Assembly (NCBI GenBank): GCA_964367375.1
Contig: CAYIXG010000001.1
Location: forward strand, 3,905-67,904
Reading direction: 5' to 3'
Source of the DNA: Candidatus Woesearchaeota archaeon
GTDB taxonomy: Archaea; Nanobdellota; Nanobdellia; SCGC-AAA011-G17; UBA489
DNA length: 64,000 nt
This document shows positions 44,329 to 52,525 of the stretch, in pieces. Numbering within the stretch: the stretch's first letter is position 1; the number at the start of each line of letters is the position of its first letter. A model generated the notes under the pieces. That model ran no database searches, was not told the origin of the DNA, and was given only the letters and a program-made list of their open reading frames with translations. Made by a program: the position numbers and the translations under genes.

Positions 44329-46632
44329 TTATTCTTCTCGAAACTTTTTGTATCTGTTTTTCAGAGTAGTAAATTCAAGGACAGGAAGATTATCAGTGTT
44401 GACAAGGGTGATGTTCTGCACATACTCATGCAGTTCTTCGTTTGTTCGGGTGTAGAGTGCAGTCATAAACGTTTTGGTGGTGTTGTATTCTTCCCACTGA
44501 AGATCAGCAAGTTCTTTTTTAACGCCCTCTGGAATAGTGTTGAGATTCTTCTGGAGTGTTTCCATAACAGAGAGGGGTGTTGCTGTTGCGACAACAACCA
44601 CATCTCCCCTGCTGTCTTTGTCTGCGCCGAGGTTGAATTCATATGCATAAGGAAACACGCTGAGGACAGTGTTGATGAAGAGCTGGTAGTCTTTTTCAGA
44701 CATTTCATATCTGGGCACCCATTGAGATAATATCCCTTTTTCATTCAAGTGGTTTCGTGCAGCCTGGTAAAATTCTTTGGTGAAGAGATTTGATACACCT
44801 GAAACCCAGATGTTTGGGGGTTCTGAAACAATGACATCATATTTCTCTTGTGTTGTTTCGATGTAGTTTCTGCCGTCTGCGAGGATAAGATTGACTTTCT
44901 CATTCTTGAGCACATCTTCGTTGTAGGATGCAATCACGGTGCCGACAGCTTCTGCGACTGCAGGATCTATTTCAATGACATCAATGGTTGGAATGGAATG
45001 TTTAACTGCAGATGCTGTGCTGAATCCTCCGCCGAGGCCGATGATTGCCATCTGTGCGGGACTGGGGTGAAGGAGCAAGGGGATATGAGTGAGCATGGCT
45101 TGTGTTAATTGGTCGCCTAAAGATGCGTCTGCTTTTCCGTTATTCTTCAGAATAATGTTTGTTCCTTGCCAGACAACGCTCACTTGTCCATAGGGGCTGT
45201 TTTTCAGAAAGACAATGCTGTCTCTTCCTTCCTTTGCATTGATGTAGCTTTCAATGGAATCATAGCGAGTGCCATGGTAATACACGCCTCCAAAGATGTA
45301 ATCTGAGTTGTGGAGGGAGGTGAAGAATATTGCTCCAATGATGAGGATGAAAAAGAGTGCTTCTGCAACGTTGATGCGTATGGGTTTTTCCGCATAAATG
45401 AGGAAGAATGCTGCTGCAATGAAGAGGTAAATGCTTGCCGCAAATGTAGATGAGTAATTAAGTCCAAAGATTGGGATGATGGCAAATCCTGCAAGGAATG
45501 CGCCAAAAATGGCTCCGCAGGAATTGATTGCATACAGTTTGCCGACGCCTTCTCCGACTTTTTCGTGGTGGAGAACAATGGAGCTGAGAAGAGGTAAAGT
45601 GATTCCCATGAGAAACGTGGGAATCAGAAGGATTGCAATCAAGGTGAGTGTTTGCAGCGAAAGGAAGGTGGCATAGGTGGGAGAGGCGAAGAAAATGGTC
45701 AAGAACCATCGGTCAAGGTAGGGAAAGACTTTGATGAGGGTGATGCCAAAGATGCCTATGAAAAATTCAACCATGGCAAATGCAGTGATTTTATGGGTTA
45801 TCTTGTGCTGCCATTTAGCATAACAAAAGCTGCCAGCACCAAGTCCGAGTAAGAAGCTGATAAGGACAATGCCAAAGGAGTACACACCACTTCCATAAAT
45901 GAGAGAAACAAATCGTGTCCAGATGACTTGGAACATGAGTGCTGCGCATCCCGAAAGAAAAAAGAGGAAGAGCACGCTTCGAGAAATGGGGGAAGAGTGG
46001 GTGGTTGCTGATGGTTCTTGTGGTGATCGAATGGGAAAGGTGAGGATGCCTGCGATGAAGTTGGCGAGAGACGCAATGATTGATGTGGTCAGGAATCCGA
46101 ATGAGGGGATGAAGAAGAAGATGGCTATAAGGACTCCTAATGATCCGCCAATGGTGTCTATTGCATAGGGGATGCCGACCGAAGATCCAATAGCGCGGTG
46201 CTGTTCATGGTAGAGTTTGATGATCATGGGAAATACTGCGCCAATGAGGAACGTGGGAATAATGAGGACAAGTGCAGCAAGAAAGAATTGCACGAGCCAG
46301 AAGAGGAAGAGTGAGGAGAAAGCGTTGTGAAGAGCAGTATAGAGGTGTCTGATGAGGGGGAAAAGAATAAGAGTTAAGAAGCAGCTGATGCCAATGCCAA
46401 AAGAGAAATAGCTGACGAGTCGTGATTTGTTTGCTGATCGTTCGATAAGCTTCCCTCCATAATAGCCGCCGAGGGCGAGCCCTGCCATGAAGACAGTGAG
46501 CACAGTGCTGACTGCGATGGCGCTTGTGCCAAAGATGTGGGATAATTCTCGTGACCACACAATTTCGTAGACAAGTGCGCTGAGTGAGGTGAAAAAGATG
46601 GTAAAAAGATAAATAAAAGTCTTGGAATGCAT
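44329..46632 (-). CDS. Fused polytopic membrane domain + spermidine-synthase-like (aminopropyltransferase-fold) protein
   Basis: 767 aa; ~14 N-terminal TM helices in two MFS-like halves. The C-terminal domain has the Rossmann motif IIGLGGGFSTASAV and ...VIVSEPPNIWVSGVSNLFTKEFY, typical of spermidine synthase. Confidence 0.6.
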   Translation of the reverse strand: MHSKTFIYLFTIFFTSLSALVYEIVWSRELSHIFGTSAIAVSTVLTVFMAGLALGGYYGGKLIERSANKSRLVSYFSFGIGISCFLTLILFPLIRHLYTALHNAFSSLFLFWLVQFFLAALVLIIPTFLIGAVFPMIIKLYHEQHRAIGSSVGIPYAIDTIGGSLGVLIAIFFFIPSFGFLTTSIIASLANFIAGILTFPIRSPQEPSATTHSSPISRSVLFLFFLSGCAALMFQVIWTRFVSLIYGSGVYSFGIVLISFLLGLGAGSFCYAKWQHKITHKITAFAMVEFFIGIFGITLIKVFPYLDRWFLTIFFASPTYATFLSLQTLTLIAILLIPTFLMGITLPLLSSIVLHHEKVGEGVGKLYAINSCGAIFGAFLAGFAIIPIFGLNYSSTFAASIYLFIAAAFFLIYAEKPIRINVAEALFFILIIGAIFFTSLHNSDYIFGGVYYHGTRYDSIESYINAKEGRDSIVFLKNSPYGQVSVVWQGTNIILKNNGKADASLGDQLTQAMLTHIPLLLHPSPAQMAIIGLGGGFSTASAVKHSIPTIDVIEIDPAVAEAVGTVIASYNEDVLKNEKVNLILADGRNYIETTQEKYDVIVSEPPNIWVSGVSNLFTKEFYQAARNHLNEKGILSQWVPRYEMSEKDYQLFINTVLSVFPYAYEFNLGADKDSRGDVVVVATATPLSVMETLQKNLNTIPEGVKKELADLQWEEYNTTKTFMTALYTRTNEELHEYVQNITLVNTDNLPVLEFTTLKNRYKKFREE

Positions 46633-46713
46633 ACGGAGCGTATAAGGTGGATGTTTTTAAGGGTATTGCATACTGAAACATGAATGTTTGTATGAATACC
46701 TTTCATTGAAATA

Positions 46714-47484
46714 ATGTATATAAAAAGAGATGGGAAAAGAGTGAGGATGCCTGAATTATCATATCTGGTGCGGGACATGCTCAACACTGAACCTCCAGGC
46801 GGGTTAATTCTGGTGACAGGGACAATGGCTGGTGGCAAGTCGAGAGAGATTGTTGCGGCCTTGCACATCGCATACCAAAGGCTAAACGGAAAGGGTGTGC
46901 AGTTGTTCAGGCCGGGAAAGGATTCTCGGATGCAGGTGTCGCGGGATAGGGTTGAGATTCGGTATCCTGTTGAAGCAGTAATAAATGCTGCAGAGCTTGA
47001 GAGAAAAGTGCAGGGAGATACAAAGGTTGTGGGTATTGATGAGGCACATTTTCTGGATGCGGGTATTGTTGAATTGTGCCGATCATTTGTGACCTATGGG
47101 AAAGTGGTGGTTGTGGGTACGTTGTTGTTTGATTTTCGTGGCGAAGACATGCCCTTTATGCAGGGAGAAGATGGAAGAACGGTGATGGATTTGTTGCGAA
47201 TAGCAGATCAGATTGTTCCGCAAGGTGTGGTGAACTGTAATTACGTTTCTCCAGAAGGGAGGACGTGTAATAGGCTGGCCTCGCAAGTGCAAAGGTATAA
47301 GGTAGGAAATCCTGCGAATGTGTTGCTAGCGTCTAATGCTTCTGATAGAGTGCACATTGTTGATGATAAGCAGAGCGAGTGGCTGTATGCGCCAGTGTGT
47401 ACGCATCATCACTTCGTTCCGGGAAGTCGTGACAAACATAGGAATCGCACTATTCCTGAAAGCGCGTCATTTCGTTTGAGTTAG
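46714..47484 (+). CDS. tdk: Thymidine kinase (TK1 type)
   Basis: P-loop VTGTMAGGKSRE, VVGIDEAHFLD, VVVGTLLFDFRGE, and a C-terminal Zn ribbon NCNYVSPEGRTCNR...VCTHHH. The true start may be the ATG at 46747. Confidence 0.7.
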   Translation: MYIKRDGKRVRMPELSYLVRDMLNTEPPGGLILVTGTMAGGKSREIVAALHIAYQRLNGKGVQLFRPGKDSRMQVSRDRVEIRYPVEAVINAAELERKVQGDTKVVGIDEAHFLDAGIVELCRSFVTYGKVVVVGTLLFDFRGEDMPFMQGEDGRTVMDLLRIADQIVPQGVVNCNYVSPEGRTCNRLASQVQRYKVGNPANVLLASNASDRVHIVDDKQSEWLYAPVCTHHHFVPGSRDKHRNRTIPESASFRLS

Positions 47485-47872
47485 CTCTGCAAAAGAAATG
47501 CCTTTCTTTGCAGTGATGGCAACTGAATAGCCATACAGTTGTGCAGGTGTTTTTTCAAGCTGGGAAGGTTTGACAAATCTCCACGGAACGTGATTGAATC
47601 GGATGCCAATCCAGGGTTCAGCGCCGAATCCTTTTGCAAAGGTGATCAATTCTTGTATTTGTTCGTTTGTGATGTATTGTTTTCTGTCTCCCTTTGCTGA
47701 TTTGCATTCGATTGCTAAGATGCGTCCTTTTTTTCCTGCAATGAGATCTGGGTTTGGTAAGGGTGTTGATCCGCTGCCTGCTGCTCTTACAACAACCCAT
47801 CCGTGGTTGAAGAGCATGTGAAAAAGTTCCCGCTCAACGCGACTTCCTTTTGCTTTGTTGATAGTTAATCAC
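47467..47872 (-). CDS. hjc: Holliday-junction resolvase Hjc, with an apparent +1 frameshift near the 5' end
   Basis: From the ATG at 47817 the ORF encodes MLFNHGWVVVRAAGSGS..PDLIAGKKGRILAIECKS (Hjc nuclease core). The conserved N-terminal motif KGSRVEREL is encoded in frame immediately upstream with no start codon. A GTG at 47872 in the -1 frame would give MINYQQSK-GSRVERELFHM... if one A were removed from the A4 run at 47848-47851. Confidence 0.6.
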
Positions 47873-47976
47873 CTCACATAATAATTAGGTTTGTTCTTGT
47901 TTATTAAGGTATTGTGTTTTTTTAGTTAGTTTCTTGTTCGCTGCGCTCACGCTTTTGCTATCAGTAAAATGTTCGA

Positions 47977-48630
47977 TTATTGTTTCTCACCAATTAATAG
48001 AATAAACTTCCCTTTTGCTTTGAAACCATATTCTGGAGTATGAAGTAGATTATCTTCATACGTTGATTCTTGCATAGTTATTGAATAATTTTTAAGAAAT
48101 CTTTTTAATAATTTTTTAGCAGCATTCATTGTATATAATGTACTATATTTTGATTCATCTTGTTTGTTAAAAGGTTCTCTTTGAATATCAGTAGCAAAAT
48201 CAAGTATAATCATTCCTTTCTTTTTCAAAATCCTATTTATCTCTAAAAAAATAAATTCTAATTGTTTTTCTTTGAATAAATGTAAAGTTCCTGTACAAAA
48301 TACTCCATCAAATGACTTATCATCAAAAGGAAATGTTGTAGTTATATCAAATTGTTTCAATTCTACTTTCTGTTTTTGTTTTTCAGATAATTTTGATTCA
48401 ATTTTTTTTAATTCATTTGTATTTAAATCAGATACAGTTAGTTTATTTACTTTCTCAAGCAATTCAGGAAGATATCTACCATCTCCTGCTGCGAGATCAA
48501 GCCAAGTTCCTTTCATTTCAGTTTGTTTTAGTAATCGAAGAGTTAATACTTCTCCTTCACCCCAGATTGATTTGTTTAACATAACTATAATTAAAAAATA
48601 GAGATTAATAATCTTTCGGAGAATTAACAC
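47977..48630 (-). CDS. Class I SAM-dependent methyltransferase, in a ~27%-GC island
   Basis: Motif I WLDLAAGDGRY, motif post-I LTVSDLN, and motif II/III region DGVFCTGTLHLF...KKGMIILDF. The base composition is strikingly more AT-rich than the flanking genes. Confidence 0.6.
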   Translation of the reverse strand: MLILRKIINLYFLIIVMLNKSIWGEGEVLTLRLLKQTEMKGTWLDLAAGDGRYLPELLEKVNKLTVSDLNTNELKKIESKLSEKQKQKVELKQFDITTTFPFDDKSFDGVFCTGTLHLFKEKQLEFIFLEINRILKKKGMIILDFATDIQREPFNKQDESKYSTLYTMNAAKKLLKRFLKNYSITMQESTYEDNLLHTPEYGFKAKGKFILLIGEKQ

Positions 48631-48699
48631 TCTAGCTCAAGCGTGAACCTTTATGTTCACCATAACAAGAAAAAATAAATTACTCTTCTAACTATCTCT

Positions 48700-48746
48700 T
48701 AAGTAAAAAATAAAAAGAAAAAAGGAGACTTTTTTTTACAAGTCTC
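48700..48746 (-). terminator. Hairpin + T-tract terminator of the histone-fold gene
   Basis: Inverted repeat GAGACT / AGTCTC (48725-48730 / 48741-48746) spans the stop codon. On the minus strand it is followed by CTTTTTTTCTTTTTATTTTTT. Confidence 0.35.
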
Positions 48747-48906
48747 GTGCTTTGACGGTTGCTCTGCCGTTGTCTTTTGCGCGACGAGAGGCGTCTTTGA
48801 TAAGGTCTTCGACTTTCTTGCTGAGTTCTTCTGCGAAGTCTCCAGCAACGTTCATGTTTTTGACGAATTCCTTAATTTTGCTTCGAACAACTAAAAGTTC
48901 TGCCAT
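48736..48906 (-). CDS. Small histone-fold protein
   Basis: MAELLVVRSKIKEFVKNMNVAGDFAEELSKKVEDLIKDASRRAKDNGRATVKARDL has helix-strand-helix spacing consistent with a histone-fold / archaeal histone-like monomer. The six-frame ORF extends 12 codons upstream to 48942. Confidence 0.45.
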   Translation of the reverse strand: MAELLVVRSKIKEFVKNMNVAGDFAEELSKKVEDLIKDASRRAKDNGRATVKARDL

Positions 48907-49047
48907 GGTTTGTTTCACCTCGGTTGTTTTGGTTATTGACAATATTTGGCCTTCAGAAGGCCTGTATTGCGTGTTTATGAGAGTTTGGGATATGTGCTTA
49001 TATTTAAGCTTTTCTCTTAAAAAGAGGGTGAACGAGGAAAATAATGC

Positions 49048-50526
49048 TTATTTTGGAGAAGTATCTTTCATGAAGGGAAAGAAAACCACATCTCTGATAG
49101 ATTCTTGTCCAGTAAGAATCATAGTAATGCGATCAACGCTGATGCCGACTCCACCTGTGGGTGGCATGCCCACTTCGAGTGTTTGCACGAATTCTTCGTC
49201 CATGGGATGTGCTTCTTCGCTTCCCGCGCGTAATTGTCGTGCTTGTTCTTCGAGAAGTTGTCTTTGCAGTAGAGGATCATTAAGTTCTGAGTATGCATTT
49301 CCAATTTCCATTCCCGCAACATATGGCTCAAATCGTTCAATCAACTGAGGATTTCCTCGTTTCGTTTTGCAGAGCATTGTGGTTTCTTTTGGATGGTCAA
49401 TAATAAAGACTGGTCCGACAAGTTTGTCTTCGCAAAGTTCTTCAAAAAGAAGTTGAATGGCAATGCCTCGAGTGTAGTCTCCTTCATATTCGATGTTGTA
49501 GTTGCGAAGTGTTGCTTGAATTTCTGCATCACTAAGTTTTGTGACATTAATTTTTGCATATTTTTTGATGGCATCAATCATGCTCAAGCGTTGCCATGGA
49601 GGTTGCAGGTTAATGGTTTTTCCTTTGAATACACACTTAGTAGTTCCGTTCACTTGTTTGGCAATAAATGCAACCATTTGTTCTGTAAGCTTCATGACAT
49701 CTTCATAGTCCCAGTATGCTGCATATGCTTCCATGAGAGTGAATTCTGGATTGTGTGTCCTGTCAATGCTTTCATTTCTGAAGTCTTTGCTTATTTCATA
49801 CACTTTTTCAAATCCGCCAACAATTAATCGTTTGAGATAAAGCTCATCAGAAATGCGGAGATACACGTCCATTTTCAGGTCATGGAGAAACGATTTAAAG
49901 GGTCGTGCGTTTGCTCCTCCGTAAATTTTTTGGAGGACTGGCGTTTCTACTTCAAGGAATCCTTTGGTGTCGAGAAATGCGCGCATGCTGCTGACAATCT
50001 GTGCGCGCTTGATAAAAATAATTTTTGTTTCTGGATTGCTAATAAGATCAAGATGTCTGTTTCTGTAGCGCGCTTCAACGTCTTTCAAGCCATGCCATTT
50101 TTCAGGGAGCGGTCGAATAGATTTGGTGAGAAGTGTCATCTGTGTGCAATGGATGGTGATTTCTCCCATTTTGGTTCTGAAGACAGTGCCGTGAATGCCG
50201 ACAATGTCTCCAATGTCAAATTTCTTGAAGAGTTCGTATTGGGTGCTGCCAATATCATCCTCCTTGATGTAGAACTGTATCTTTCCAGAAGCATCTTGGA
50301 GGTGTGCAAAGCTTGCCTTTCCCATTCTTCGAAGGCTCACAATTCTTCCAGCGACAGATACCTTGTTTTTTGTTTTCTCTTCTTTTTTGAGCTTCTTGAA
50401 ACGGTCAAGAATGGCTATTGTGTCATGTGTTTTTTCAAAGGTGTATGGATAAGGATTGATACCAAGCTTCTTGATGTCCTCGAGTTTTTTCAGTCGTTCG
50501 TTGATCAGCTCTTGTTCTGGTTGCAT
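49048..50526 (-). CDS. lysS: Lysyl-tRNA synthetase, class II
   Basis: N-terminal OB anticodon-binding domain, then class II motifs 1-3 (RNRHLDLI..., FRNESIDRTHNPEFTLMEAY, GGVGISVDRI). Confidence 0.9.
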   Translation of the reverse strand: MQPEQELINERLKKLEDIKKLGINPYPYTFEKTHDTIAILDRFKKLKKEEKTKNKVSVAGRIVSLRRMGKASFAHLQDASGKIQFYIKEDDIGSTQYELFKKFDIGDIVGIHGTVFRTKMGEITIHCTQMTLLTKSIRPLPEKWHGLKDVEARYRNRHLDLISNPETKIIFIKRAQIVSSMRAFLDTKGFLEVETPVLQKIYGGANARPFKSFLHDLKMDVYLRISDELYLKRLIVGGFEKVYEISKDFRNESIDRTHNPEFTLMEAYAAYWDYEDVMKLTEQMVAFIAKQVNGTTKCVFKGKTINLQPPWQRLSMIDAIKKYAKINVTKLSDAEIQATLRNYNIEYEGDYTRGIAIQLLFEELCEDKLVGPVFIIDHPKETTMLCKTKRGNPQLIERFEPYVAGMEIGNAYSELNDPLLQRQLLEEQARQLRAGSEEAHPMDEEFVQTLEVGMPPTGGVGISVDRITMILTGQESIRDVVFFPFMKDTSPK

Positions 50527-50607
50527 GAAGTGCCAGTAGGTGGCTTGTTTATATAGTTTATTATGAGGAAAGGAAGATATATAAACTGTTTTTCTAATCG
50601 AAGTATT

Positions 50608-51021
50608 ATGGCACTTTCAGAGGAAGAGCAGAAAATATTGTATTCTATCATTGTAGATTCGGAGAATGATCCAATGAAGCCGGAGTTTCCTCCGGATAAT
50701 CCTCAGTTTCCTGCAACTCCTACGTTTAAGATTGAGGTGCCTGGGTTTTCGAATGTGTGGTTAAAAGACGAAAGTAAGAATCCAACAGGCACAAATAATG
50801 ATCGGAAGGCATGGGAGATGGTGGTTACATATCGGGATTTTTTACTTACAAAGAAGAATGGCCAGATTAAGGAGAAGCTCCCACAGCTATCAGTTATCAC
50901 TTCAGGTTCCGCTGCTATTGCAATTCAATCACTGTTGAGACATTACAAACTTCCGCCATTAAAATGCTTAGTTGACTTGGATTTAAAAGATGAGATTCTT
51001 TTGAACTATGAATACTACTAG
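50608..51021 (+). CDS. Truncated PALP-fold (threonine-synthase/Trp-synthase-beta-like) protein apparently lacking the PLP lysine
   Basis: TPTFKIEVPGFSNVWLKDESKNPTGTNNDRKAWEM matches the PALP K-D-E-x-x-N-P-T-G-S-F-K-D-R motif but has NN in place of FK. SVITSGSAAIAIQS matches the SSGNxG glycine loop. The ORF stops about 40 aa later, ~150 aa short of a full PALP domain, and its end overlaps the next gene by 14 nt. Confidence 0.45.
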   Translation: MALSEEEQKILYSIIVDSENDPMKPEFPPDNPQFPATPTFKIEVPGFSNVWLKDESKNPTGTNNDRKAWEMVVTYRDFLLTKKNGQIKEKLPQLSVITSGSAAIAIQSLLRHYKLPPLKCLVDLDLKDEILLNYEYY

Positions 51022-52525
51022 TAAACCTTTTTTTTCTGAAGAAAAGGAAAAATTAGGAAATAAATTCGCATTTGTTAGGATTTTGGGAGATGATCGTTTT
51101 GATCAGAATATCGGAGATTATAATGTTGGGTTAAGATACCTTGCTGATGCAGTGAAAAGAAAAGGGGTAGGAGTGGACATTTATGACCCTCTTGATACGG
51201 ATAGGCTTACTAATCCTCAAGGATACGCTGTGGTTGGGTTTTATGTGCATCACATTAACATAGTTAAAAGTTTAGATCTTGCAAAAGCATTGAAAAAAAA
51301 TTCTAGACAACCATTTATTGTATTTGGAGGTCATCATGCTTCTGCAACTGCGAAGGAAATTCTAGAAGATAACCCTTTTGTCGATGCAGTTTGTGTTGGG
51401 GAAGGGGAAGATATAATGTGCGAGATAGCTGGAAAGGTTGCGTCTGAAGAAGATATTTCAAATTATCGCGGAAAATTATCCTCAAATCCATATTGGGATA
51501 TTGAAAACTTGTCTTTTCCGGAAATGCCAGAAGAGGTTTCTATTGCGAGGGTAAGCACTTCGAGAGGGTGTCCATATTCGTGTTCTTTCTGTACAACTCC
51601 TGCAATCAGAAAAATTCGAGGAGAACCCTTATTTAGAGCAAGAAGCCCTGAGAGTGTTGTTGAGGAGATAAGTAGATATGTGGAGGCAGGTGCAAAACAG
51701 GTGAGGATAAATGATGATATTTACATTCAGAGAAACTCAAGGACTCATGGCAGAGCTTTAGAGATTGCAAGAAAATTATTGCAAAATAGAGTAGATGCTA
51801 ATTATAAGGCAGAATTCAGGATTGATGCGTTTGATCCTAATCAAATTTCTGAGTTAAGACTGTTGAGAGAGTCTGGTTTAAGAGAAGTGTTTTTAGGAAT
51901 CGAAAGTGGCAGTGATAAAATTCTTGAAGAGTATAACAAGAAACTGAAAAGGAGAGATATTCTAGAGAGATTACATATGTATAACGATGTAGGTATTGTT
52001 GTTAACGCCGGAAACATATTAGTGTCTCCAAATAGTTCCATTGATGAGATTTGTGATTCTGTAGAAGGGTTTAGGAGCTTTGGTTTAGCGTATCTGTTTT
52101 TTAGGAGAGTGACGTTTCGTGCACACATTTTTCCAGGAACAGAGCTTGAAAGAAGATTACTTCTTGAGGGGAGAATAGAAGATAAGCCAAGATATGTTGA
52201 TCGTAAGTATAGGCTTTTAGATAGGAGGATTGAAGATATTGCAACACTTTTTGAAGAGAGGATGCCTGAGTTTCTTAATAATTACGGAAGTTTTTTTTCC
52301 ACAAGAAGAAGGGTGTTACATAAGGTATATGATGGGGACTCTTCTAATAACAAAAGAAAAGTGTTAGCTATACTAGATTTGCTTAATAACAAAGTTGCTG
52401 ATTTGTTAATAGTGTGGTTTATGAAACTAGATCCAAAGCGAATTACCACTCATACTGCTGATGAGGTATTTGAGGTGATCGGCGATATGTTTGGAGAAGC
52501 TGAGAAAGGGTTAAAAGATGTTTGA
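51008..52525 (+). CDS. Cobalamin-binding-domain radical SAM enzyme (class B rSAM)
   Basis: N-terminal Rossmann-like B12-binding-type domain (PFIVFGGHHASA...VDAVCVGEGE), then the rSAM core SRGCPYSCSFCTTP (Cx3Cx2C) and GIESGSDKIL. Confidence 0.7.
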   Translation: MNTTSKPFFSEEKEKLGNKFAFVRILGDDRFDQNIGDYNVGLRYLADAVKRKGVGVDIYDPLDTDRLTNPQGYAVVGFYVHHINIVKSLDLAKALKKNSRQPFIVFGGHHASATAKEILEDNPFVDAVCVGEGEDIMCEIAGKVASEEDISNYRGKLSSNPYWDIENLSFPEMPEEVSIARVSTSRGCPYSCSFCTTPAIRKIRGEPLFRARSPESVVEEISRYVEAGAKQVRINDDIYIQRNSRTHGRALEIARKLLQNRVDANYKAEFRIDAFDPNQISELRLLRESGLREVFLGIESGSDKILEEYNKKLKRRDILERLHMYNDVGIVVNAGNILVSPNSSIDEICDSVEGFRSFGLAYLFFRRVTFRAHIFPGTELERRLLLEGRIEDKPRYVDRKYRLLDRRIEDIATLFEERMPEFLNNYGSFFSTRRRVLHKVYDGDSSNNKRKVLAILDLLNNKVADLLIVWFMKLDPKRITTHTADEVFEVIGDMFGEAEKGLKDV

